This document shows, piece by piece, positions 59,601 to 64,000 of a stretch of DNA of 64,000 nt (positions are counted from its first letter, which is position 1; each line of letters starts with the position of its first letter). The position numbers and the translations under genes were made by a program. The notes beneath the pieces are model-generated. The model saw only the letters and a program-made list of their open reading frames with translations. It had not been told where the DNA came from and did not search any database. This DNA is from an uncultured Thermotogae bacterium (lineage in GTDB: Bacteria; Bipolaricaulota; Bipolaricaulia; UBA7950; UBA9294), in NCBI GenBank assembly GCA_964582285.1, contig CAZORQ010000006.1:14086-78085 (forward strand), read 5' to 3'.

Positions 59601-62600
59601 GCGTGATCGATGTGTACCGTGGTGGAATCTCAACCTCCGACCGCATGGTTGAGGAAGACGACGTCATCCGGTTCGAGCTGACCGTGCGCAATGTCGGAGC
59701 CGCAACCGCGTATCGTGTTGGACTAGAAGATCTCCTGCCGTTCGAGTTCGAGTACATCCCCGGTTCCACACGCGCCGCCTGGCCACGTGGCTCGTCGTCG
59801 ATCGAACCGCTTCCTGGCGCTGCAGGATGGACATGGCGTCTCAATGCAGCGCTGGCCTCCGGCGAGCGTCTGATACTAGCCTTCGATGCGCTCGCCGTTG
59901 GCCCACTGTTCGACGGAAACGCGTACACGAACAGGATGCACGCATTCGGCGAGGATGCATCCGGCCAACCGATCCCGGAGGATCAGAGCCCCGGCGCCCC
60001 TGACGACATCGATCCCGATGATGCGAGTGATGTGACCCTGATCGCCCGCTCGGCGTTCCTTGAAGGTGCGGGCGGCTTGATCGCCGTTCCGATTCTCCGC
60101 AAGAGAGCCGAGGTTCTTGGAGATGCCGTGTGCGAGGGATGGGCCGCAACGACCGATCGTCTCTGGTTCCAGACAGATATTGCGATGTTCGCTGCCTCGG
60201 AACTCGATGGGCTCAACCAAGACCTGTGGGGGCCCGCTCTCCGCGCCGAGACACTCCTTCCCACATGGCTGCAGACAACTCGAAACGAGGGTGCGTCCGC
60301 CGCGCGAGATAATCTGCTTCAGACAGATCTTCTGTCGTCGATCGGATTCCCGCTTCTCGAGGCTCCCCGAATTCGGCAGTTGGCCACTGACCGCAGGACG
60401 ACCGCAGAGATGGCCCTTCGCCAACGATTGGATGCACTTGCCGATCATGCGGGAATCGACGTTGACCAGCGTCCTCTCGATGAGCGGTGGATTTTCCTCG
60501 AATTCGCCGCGGGAGAGCCGATCTACGAGACTCTGCTCGCAGACCCACTCGGACCCGCAGGTGCATGGACCATCGTCGATGAGCAGATCATCGGAAGCGC
60601 ACTCGGCATGGGCCTCCTCAAGCAGGTTCTCGCCATGGAGTCCCTGCTTGCGAGTGACCAAGCAATCGATCGATACGTGGGATGGGTCATCCTTGAGATC
60701 ATCGCAAACAAGCTGATTGCGATGGACGAATCGTTGACGGTCATGGAGAACGGAGCGTCTCCGTACATTCCGCATGCCTATCGCGCAGGGTCCAAGGGAT
60801 TCGTTATCGAAGATTCCGCAAGCCACCTATTCGACCAGCTCTCCCTCTTGTGGGGACTGTCCTCTCTAATTGGGGCGCTCGACGAACCAACGACAGCTTG
60901 GCGTGCAGAGGAGCCAGAGCTTCGAGATCTCCTGCATGAGACATCCTCTCGATTGATCGGTGAGGTCCTCAGCGCAATCATCTCGCGACACGTCGCGCCA
61001 TCCGGAGAGATCATCGACGTATCCTCCGAAGCAGATAGCGCCTCATCGACAGCGAATCTCGGGCTCCTGGTCGTGGCGCTCGATACTGTGCGACAGACGG
61101 TTCCATCGGAGATGGCTCGCCTCGAGCCGCTGCTTCACAGGGCCATCGAACAGCTTGCGCTCCGACAGTCGGATGATCAGCTGTTCGCGTCAAGCGAAGA
61201 CCGTACGCCGGACTTCGTTGAGCTGGGAGCCCAGTTCGGCGGCATTCGCGGCCTACTGGCTGCCTATGCGGCGACAGGAGCAACTGAGCACATCGAGAGC
61301 GCGAAGGCCGCCTTCGCCGCGCTGGACGAGCAATTGTGGGAATCGGAACCCGGTCTTGGGCTCTACGCCAGTTCGCGTTTCGGCGATGCGAGAGCGTATT
61401 GCTACACGCCATTTGAGGTTGGACTGGCCGTCGGAGCGCTTCGTGAGCTATTCTTCGTGGCGCCGGAACAGCAGGCTCTGATTGCCGATCGCCTAGGCGG
61501 ATTCGTTCGCTCGATCGTCGATGAGGCGGCTCTGCAGCTCTCGAACGTCCTCTCGACCGGCGCAGACATAACCATCGGCGGTGGGAAGCATGCGATCTTG
61601 CCGCTTGCTATCGCGGAAGACGCAGACCGCCTGGCCCCGGTTCTCCAGCAACGCCTTTGTCTCGATGAGCCGGACTCGGAAGCCGCATGCTCCGGATGGT
61701 GGGTATCACCGCATGAGCCCTGGTACCAGACGGACATTTCGATGTACGCCGCATACGTGATCCAGAACCGGCTACCGGGCTGGGAGGACTACGCTGACGC
61801 GAATCTGGCCGCTGTCGTCTTCCACTCAGATCTCGGGATTCCGCTTGGCGAAAGCACGCCGTTCGGGCTGGTAGCAGAGGATCTTGGGACGCTTCGGGTC
61901 GATCCGATCGCGCTGCCCTATGCCTCGGGAGGCCCGCGCATCAAGGAGGCAAGCTCGCTTGAGTGGGATCCGTCCACATTCGATACAGCGATCGTCACAT
62001 CGGCCATCGGCATGACGCTTCTTCGCGAGGCACAAGAGATTCGCCAGATCCTTGATGAGCACGCGCCGACGATAGAACGCAACGCGGAGGCCAGGATCCT
62101 CGCCGCTTCGATCCTCGCCAAGCTGAATGCGCTGGAGAGCCTCCGTAACGCCGGACCTGCTGGAGTCGACTACGTCCCGCACGCCGCGCGCTGGGAGACG
62201 ACGGCGCAGCGTCTGATCGTGACCGACCCAACGTCCCTCTTGTTCGATCAGGCCGCGCTGGTTTGGGGCCTGGGCGAGGCACACGCCCTCTTCGCCGATT
62301 CGCGAAGCACAGAGCTGATCGATGAGGAACGCCGCGAGACCCTGGAGATCGTGGAGGATCTTCTGGCCTCGGTCTTGTCCACGCTTGAGGTCGCGCACGT
62401 TGGTCTAGACACTCGAATTCTCATCGATACAACCCAACCCATCGATGGCGTGTGGCATCTTGGAACGACGGTCTCAACGGAGAATCTTGGAGTGATCGCC
62501 GCCGCTCTTGAATCCATCATCGACCAATTCGGCAGCAGCTCGGACGTGGGCACGAAAGCCGTGGATCTTCTGCAGACCATTACCTCGTTCATTCGCACCA

Positions 62601-64000
62601 ACGCGTGGCTGGGCGTTGGGACGTACGAGGAAACGATCGATCTTGGTTCGGGAGCAGGCGCCAGCTCGTGCCAGAATGAGACACTCTCGGGGCAGCTGGG
62701 AGCGCTCCGCGTGTTGCTGGCCGCACATCGGTATCTTGGTCTGGAGACAGCAGCTGTGACCGAAGCATTCCACTCGATTGATGCGCGGTTCTGGGATCCC
62801 GAAATGCTTGTCTATCGGAGCCATCCGGGGCAAATCGAGTGGTGTGCTACGCCGTTTGACCTCGGCATGGCGATCGATGCCATGGACCGAGTTTCCGGCC
62901 TCCTTCCCCCACATGAAGCCTTCATCGCTCAGGAACGGCTGCGCCGACATGCCGATCGCATGCTCGATGCCGCCGGGATGCAGGTACGATCGAGACAGGC
63001 GGACAGCGGGCGGTTTGCCCCGGTCTTCGATCGGAGGGTTTGCTTCCGTCCTGCCGATCTCGTCGGCGGAATCGGATGGGCAAAGGCGGGGGACATCATC
63101 CGCTACACGATCACGGTACAGAACTCAACCGACGAGCAGTTTGTCGACCTGCTCCTTGCGGATACCCTCCCTGAGACAGTCACCGCAATCTCAAGCGACC
63201 CACCCGGAGAGATCGCAGGCGACGTTATCTCTTGGCCGTTCGATGATCTCTACTCCTCCGAGACTCGAACTTGGCAACTGCTAGTACGCGCGAGAGAGGA
63301 CAGCAGGTTCGGCGATGATCTCTTGAACTGCGCTGTGCTTTCCTTCTCGGACCTCTCCGGCAATCCGCAGCCCTCAAGAGAAGCGTGCGCCACAACGTAC
63401 GTTCAGGATCCGGATAGAGAACGTCACGCTCTCATCTCGAACTCGTCAGTATGGTACGAGACCGATTCGGCCATGCGTCTGGCTTCGCTTCTCGCTGATC
63501 TCGCTTGCAGAGAAACAGATGCGTGGGACCGTGCCAAGACGGCACGTGAGATGGCCGCTGCGAATCTGGGCTCTCTCCTTGGCAGCTCGGCCCTCGGTGT
63601 TCCGCTCCAGTATGCTCCATTCGTGTCAATCTCCACCGTTCGACGTGATGCGTTGTCGAACCTCCTCGACATCTACGCCATCCAGGCAGGCTTGCCGCAT
63701 GCCCCGGAGCACATCATGCCGATCTTCCTCCCGTATGAGGGAGGACTGCCTGTTCTTGCAGGAGCGTCCGGTTTCATCGAGAAGTCCGACCTGGTCACGC
63801 CGGCGGCGCTCGGATGGACTCTCGTCGAGGAAGTGCAGTTCGTCGATGCCTGCCAGGGAGAGATCTCGCCGCTCTTGTCGTACTTGCGAGACCTGGTCGA
63901 ATACACGGTAGACAATCAAGTGGAGTGGCTTTCTCAGATGATTCTCTCTTCGAGGACCGACATCACCTATCTTCCCCATGGCCTGCGTGCACCGTTGACA
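47612..64000 (+). CDS. giant secreted modular protein, 5' partial (>=5,463 codons, open to the window edge); NOT in the supplied ORF track
   Basis: GTG 47612 lies 1 nt after the upstream TGA, with GGAGGAGG at 47595-47602. Hand translation of this frame gives a signal peptide (VGIRAAVGVALLLVSVSFVTALAQVAG) followed by continuous DUF11/TIGR01451-like, CARDB-like, SdrD-B-like and helical modules with no stop through 64000. No listed + strand ORF downstream of 47612 is in this frame. Confidence 0.88.
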   Translation, partial: MVGIRAAVGVALLLVSVSFVTALAQVAGPSQMDPCDQQTFTITLVNNSPTQAACDIIVTATPPGTGFSHVDGTAAVTLHDTPEPIAADPVANAWDIDAIVGDDYQLPPGEQISVAFDLATDCTAASGNIEVSIDYEDCTTAQPYQEIDSLSIEILPGALIVSKTPSVQDASVGEEVTWTLTVESSGLGTISNVVVTDELGSGLAYVSDTGGGSNVGQTTTWNLGTIAAGSSVAVDLTAEVIACSNLVNDADASWGCSSPASTCFDTAIDGGTATASLNLIVDNPALSFTAPNVTVAYCTDETGGLVQITNSGTGTARNVGLCCDVAHLQVDPTRLPLGATYSDGCFQLPDIAPDTTFDLTFYVLHSEVDWCNGPLPSGDNVFQLTYANDCGIPFLAYPQFSTLSSEPGPSLDVTKSSPAPLQLGEVASYDITVAYSGNLGCYGGSPGPVTIEDDYPDGFTVVDADGGTDNGDTLAWIYDPAADPPFDRTVQLRVPNDCASCVGLAGTIANTVTATTIDCCGCTLTGSATAQTTILCEGLEDIELFTSTFSPLVPSSPLVRCGPTDTFRVEHTYEFSNDTRLNDLFLDEFTYFVEGNGELQYAGSLAVSGASVDTVTDGTPAGQLEIRLADDGNPVTNRTITLAYDLTYVDLNAPEAPPCANDSASIDAGIDLDPGATTVGFCSRMYGDEADPPTMVVEAPAMAVSIDGIPTIQESCATCDIAITLTKTSDVANPHDVRLVLTNGSGSLIDLSGALCTGVSPTDGTTCTTPIEGTDTYEWRFADGFVAGSSTTIGPIRVTVPCGGTLADLSVVAWFDGLCQDDATDDSPDPAVAGYDDSCSANASDSASLSLMADVYTRKSPEVLYATTKYVTWFLVVHNTGNGAAYNVWVDDVLGSGLIFDEANTLPVGATVSANLDHAGAPINGASFLFDELAAGELKTITLAAELVDCENLTNDIAVSWGCGGSDCQAPRTDSSSVLVPGAQVVATSFSPTPIDVCTGSWANVTVKSAGIGTAYNIVANVTLPDGIAYAGNPRFSLDGRSTWLTTGISDPTQVGQVLTWTSTELSVLSELPPGEQVDIRFDIDGGCDFVGGNLTFQAGYENPCGNAFDSNVGSFSISARIPDVSVAMVQDPDDAIPCGGSATWTITVRNDGPVSAPYIRVVSTLDAGWDYVSSTGSGNNVGQITTWIINDLGPSASTDLTITADSASDGASCDALNHQVQSFWACDETDTQCLLSASDTASIIGARTPPVTVGAALAPDSVDVCTDTTTFTLTVANGSATAPASYVDARVTLPVGLSYVLGTTQIDCGSGFVSSPDPAVSGQQLTWYDTTVDGGANDACATLAANGQIQIRFDVDSSCYFTAGSANSRIFYYDCCGVTQTQQSRNDTIASDQPNLTITKSTADTPTCGETATWTIEVTNTSANAIAEVVRIEDFLGANLSYVSSTGGAVALSGGQILYATPPQYGAAYGWELGPLAPLASTSVTITAQLVAPADCANALRTNTAVTTWACGAPDGDPATADYDCSSDEWSSASDRVAMPNLSIAPSDITPAFSCSGDGIDPGAEIAIVVRNTGDAPIQAGDNFTLTVTETTTGYSATDSFTNLGGSLPLAAGGSDTLTFPWAVACTSCAYIIDITLDTLNDVCECDETDNAAVLNETITLPNLAVDAADLAITCAGDGQIRIQGPVTLRNDGCGDALTGTVRVRLRLFDGADCTGSELDTFTVDFTSLSIAAGGGTQQHTLDVTRTLDACGTCQISVRIEADDNDAVCECDGTNNDLCAGTFPIAFPDLTVFDIDFSQVGCASDEISGLVRVTVENTGCGTSGPFTLRLETDGCLSFADEAVASLAASGSTTVDFALTGSWTNCTDCSCTFTATVDPADAICECDGTNNDRSEPFTSTLPDLEISGATALIGCSVDGQATLDAGVTVTNTGCADVTGPFDIRVTIYEDANCSGAVVDTWNETLTDDVLASGSTVISLTTHVLSQALCAGDCDYSARFEVDTGDDICECDGTDNTFCLSSISSEVPDLVVTNVDPSVDCRAETANVTATVANVGCGNATGAVFRLTSAACGLSIDSDPIDVAAGASQDVVFDYTPDCGAWNCTYTVTADPGAAICECAGSNALTFDPYAGIGSIGDRVWFDSDGDGVQDPDEDGIPNVTLILEGDLDGDGSIDYTTEVPTDANGEYLFDNLPAGEYTITVDDTTLPGRLDQTYDADGLGTAHTSGYTLAENEHNREQDFGYRGSGSIGDYVWIDLNGDGVQDPSEKPIENVTVTLEGDVDGDGVDEILTTTTDADGLYLFDFLPAGPYTITVDDATLPPGLEQTYDNDGLGTPHASDYVLGSGVDNREQDFGYRGSGSIGDFVWFDLDGDGVQDPGEPGIENVTVTLVGDIDLDGIDDTLTTTTDADGLYLFEVLPAGPYTITVDDTTLPDGLTQTYDYDGLGTSHTSDYALGAGEHNREQDFGYATPALSVDKTIADILRNGSSVGSTGPVEPGDLIVYRFVIENVGFVPAYNVGFDDTLPPGTVVETAAPGDAGSYVVNAPSSSGSLGLSDEATSFTASIDATIDASATLTAEFTARVTSAVAQGTDLTNTAHAFGEREDGTPIPPENVVLGDTSDSDEEDPDADDTGIAAVAVLQPGLSVDKTIVDITRQGVSIGTTGPVQAGDVVLYRFVVRNVGGGTAYDIDFTDTLPAGLLTEIDPPGDTGSYTVTQPSASGSLGLADGIGTFTTSIAATIDGGESLTAEFTAIVTSSIEQGADLVNTAEATGVDGFGTEIQDENASIGDTSDDDAEDPDADDTGIAIIGTQQPALSVDKIISDILRGGSSIGASGPVEPGDVIVFEYTIRNVGLGIAYAVDFTDTLPTGLVTETDAPGDAGSYAVSGPAAAGSLAVPDAAGTFTTSIGATIAGGEQLVATYTVWVTSDIEQGVDLVNVAVTTGVDGAGTPIPAENVTLGDTSDDDAEDPDADDTGIAVVATREPALSIDKIITDILRNGSSIGASGPVEPGDIVLYQYTITNVGLGTAYAVDFTDTLPIGLITETDAPGDAGSYTVTAPAASGSLNLLDGVSSFTTGTGAVIAGGETLTANYTVVVTSDIEQGVDLINIATTSGTDGTGTPIPSENVALGDTSDGDAEDPDADDTGITSLGTTQPALSVDKIITDILRDGSSIGASGPVEPGDIIIFQYTIRNTGLATAYEVDFTDTLPPGLVTETDAPGVSGSYDISDPSVTGAPLLGLSDGATSFTTSIAATIGGAEQLVAVYSARVTSGIVQGVDLVNAARATGIDGYGTEIPAENAALGDTADDDVDDPDADDTGIAVIATIEPALSVDKIITDIVRRGASLGSITGPVEPGDVIVYQYTIRNVGLGTAYTVNFTDTLPTGIVTETDAPGGPGSYAVTSPAASGSLGLTDNTSTFTTSVGATIAGGEQLVAEYTVLVTSDVQQGIDLVNVAIASGVDGDGTPIPEENADVGDTSDADAEDPDADDTGIAVVTPVVPALTIDKQVVDILRGGASVGVVDPVLYGDVIVYRTTIRNVGLGTAYDVEFADTLPAGLAIETGAAPGAGSYVVTSPTASGSLGLSHGTTTFTTSMNATIAGGETLTATYAAIVTPAARPALDLVNVAETTGEDGAGTEIPDENADVGDTSDDDEEDPDADDTGIALIRVGAPALVTTKSVASIRRQGISIEGEIVEINDVVTYEVSITNVGNGPAYHVALFDELPLGFLYAGNSDATWPSGSSTADPFGIPGPLLSWPLDAALEAGEQLVLRFDASASGPITQTTYTNTVTAVGRDGADEEIPSDQSGTVPEDDDPDDSSDVSLTGGVPALVTDKAILNVRRNGRLLGSINTVEAGDVVLYRLRVANVGLGTAYDVDVRDLLPAPFDYVSSTTTGEWPFRTGAYDDDPSGAPGPTLLWDTSATLGHNESIVLTFEAAIAGSVQAGSTYINELHATGVDGAGESIPANNADDVAEDDDPDDRDRVAVTIVEEVPALVTTKRVIDVYRGGISTSDRMVEEDDVIRFELTVRNVGAATAYRVGLEDLLPFEFEYIPGSTRAAWPRGSSSIEPLPGAAGWTWRLNAALASGERLILAFDALAVGPLFDGNAYTNRMHAFGEDASGQPIPEDQSPGAPDDIDPDDASDVTLIARSAFLEGAGGLIAVPILRKRAEVLGDAVCEGWAATTDRLWFQTDIAMFAASELDGLNQDLWGPALRAETLLPTWLQTTRNEGASAARDNLLQTDLLSSIGFPLLEAPRIRQLATDRRTTAEMALRQRLDALADHAGIDVDQRPLDERWIFLEFAAGEPIYETLLADPLGPAGAWTIVDEQIIGSALGMGLLKQVLAMESLLASDQAIDRYVGWVILEIIANKLIAMDESLTVMENGASPYIPHAYRAGSKGFVIEDSASHLFDQLSLLWGLSSLIGALDEPTTAWRAEEPELRDLLHETSSRLIGEVLSAIISRHVAPSGEIIDVSSEADSASSTANLGLLVVALDTVRQTVPSEMARLEPLLHRAIEQLALRQSDDQLFASSEDRTPDFVELGAQFGGIRGLLAAYAATGATEHIESAKAAFAALDEQLWESEPGLGLYASSRFGDARAYCYTPFEVGLAVGALRELFFVAPEQQALIADRLGGFVRSIVDEAALQLSNVLSTGADITIGGGKHAILPLAIAEDADRLAPVLQQRLCLDEPDSEAACSGWWVSPHEPWYQTDISMYAAYVIQNRLPGWEDYADANLAAVVFHSDLGIPLGESTPFGLVAEDLGTLRVDPIALPYASGGPRIKEASSLEWDPSTFDTAIVTSAIGMTLLREAQEIRQILDEHAPTIERNAEARILAASILAKLNALESLRNAGPAGVDYVPHAARWETTAQRLIVTDPTSLLFDQAALVWGLGEAHALFADSRSTELIDEERRETLEIVEDLLASVLSTLEVAHVGLDTRILIDTTQPIDGVWHLGTTVSTENLGVIAAALESIIDQFGSSSDVGTKAVDLLQTITSFIRTNAWLGVGTYEETIDLGSGAGASSCQNETLSGQLGALRVLLAAHRYLGLETAAVTEAFHSIDARFWDPEMLVYRSHPGQIEWCATPFDLGMAIDAMDRVSGLLPPHEAFIAQERLRRHADRMLDAAGMQVRSRQADSGRFAPVFDRRVCFRPADLVGGIGWAKAGDIIRYTITVQNSTDEQFVDLLLADTLPETVTAISSDPPGEIAGDVISWPFDDLYSSETRTWQLLVRAREDSRFGDDLLNCAVLSFSDLSGNPQPSREACATTYVQDPDRERHALISNSSVWYETDSAMRLASLLADLACRETDAWDRAKTAREMAAANLGSLLGSSALGVPLQYAPFVSISTVRRDALSNLLDIYAIQAGLPHAPEHIMPIFLPYEGGLPVLAGASGFIEKSDLVTPAALGWTLVEEVQFVDACQGEISPLLSYLRDLVEYTVDNQVEWLSQMILSSRTDITYLPHGLRAPLT
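52232..53995 (+). repeat. 5 tandem CARDB-like modules (339-378 nt units)
   Basis: Units begin with P(N/D)L at 52232, 52598, 52976, 53315 and 53690. Each ends in (V/I)CEC(D/A)x(T/S)(D/N)N. Confidence 0.75.
54002..55009 (+). repeat. 3 tandem SdrD-B-like modules (~340 nt units)
   Basis: GSIGD(R/Y/F)VW(F/I)D(S/L)(D/N)GDGVQDP...TTD(A)DG(E/L)YLF(D/E)xLPAG(E/P)YTITVDD(T/A)TLP... occurs three times. Confidence 0.8.
55010..60045 (+). repeat. 10 tandem DUF11/TIGR01451-type modules; period 513 nt for most units
   Basis: The (V/I)DK/TTK anchor codons fall at 55028, 55541, 56054, 56567, 57080, 57599, 58115, 58628, 59099 and 59591. Each unit ends with an acidic linker such as GDTSDDDAEDPDADDTGIA. Confidence 0.85.

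Noticed and set aside
51503-60826. Long minus-strand ORFs in the 3' third of the window (51503..52834 443 aa, 53330..54985 551 aa, 56051..57067 338 aa, 58550..59461 303 aa, 59876..60826 316 aa). Taken at face value, these look like the main genes here in the ORF track.
   Set aside because: All are antisense to the continuous + strand frame that starts at 47612. Their products are Arg/Gly/Asp-rich low-complexity sequences with no recognisable domains. The + frame gives textbook DUF11, CARDB and SdrD-B modules.
1-64000. A search for mobile-element hallmarks (integrase, transposase, terminal inverted repeats, tRNA-adjacent islands) and for tRNA or rRNA genes.
   Set aside because: No ORF shows integrase or transposase motifs, and no tRNA-like T-arm or anticodon-arm patterns were seen in the intergenic regions. 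The window looks chromosomal throughout.

Overview
This is a GC-rich bacterial chromosomal segment with strong GGAGG-type ribosome-binding sites and many 1-4 nt start/stop overlaps, which indicate operons. I recognised no rRNA, tRNA, CRISPR array, transposase or integrase.

1-37 kb holds housekeeping and accessory metabolism:
- an SDR oxidoreductase
- a phnD-phnC-phnE-phnE phosphonate-type ABC transporter, in which both permeases carry an N-terminal RDD-like membrane domain
- a GNAT acetyltransferase
- pyrimidine-nucleoside phosphorylase and cytidine deaminase
- an acyl-CoA synthetase
- yigZ-ruvA-ruvX
- prfB with its programmed +1 frameshift (the ORF track shows only the downstream frame)
- a CrtI-like flavoprotein
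- a roughly 1,350-aa BNR/Asp-box propeller protein split by one in-frame TAG
- a cupin, trpB2 and rsmI
- an OmpR/HisKA two-component pair
- an OsmC-ArsR-glutaredoxin redox module
- a minus-strand operon: beta-helix/OpuAC fusion, HAMP-degenerate GGDEF, secreted S8 protease

37.3-64.0 kb (about 42% of the window) is a three-gene, same-strand locus of giant modular secreted proteins. Gene 1 is 2,655 aa, with 23 cadherin-like ~92-aa repeats plus a lamin-tail domain. Gene 2 is 664 aa. Gene 3 starts at GTG 47612 and is still open at the window edge (>=5,463 codons). Gene 3 is absent from the supplied ORF track because it has no stop codon inside the window; I found it by hand translation.

The most system-like unexplained feature is the juxtaposition of a degenerate-GGDEF membrane receptor, a translationally coupled secreted protease, and the giant adhesin-like genes.
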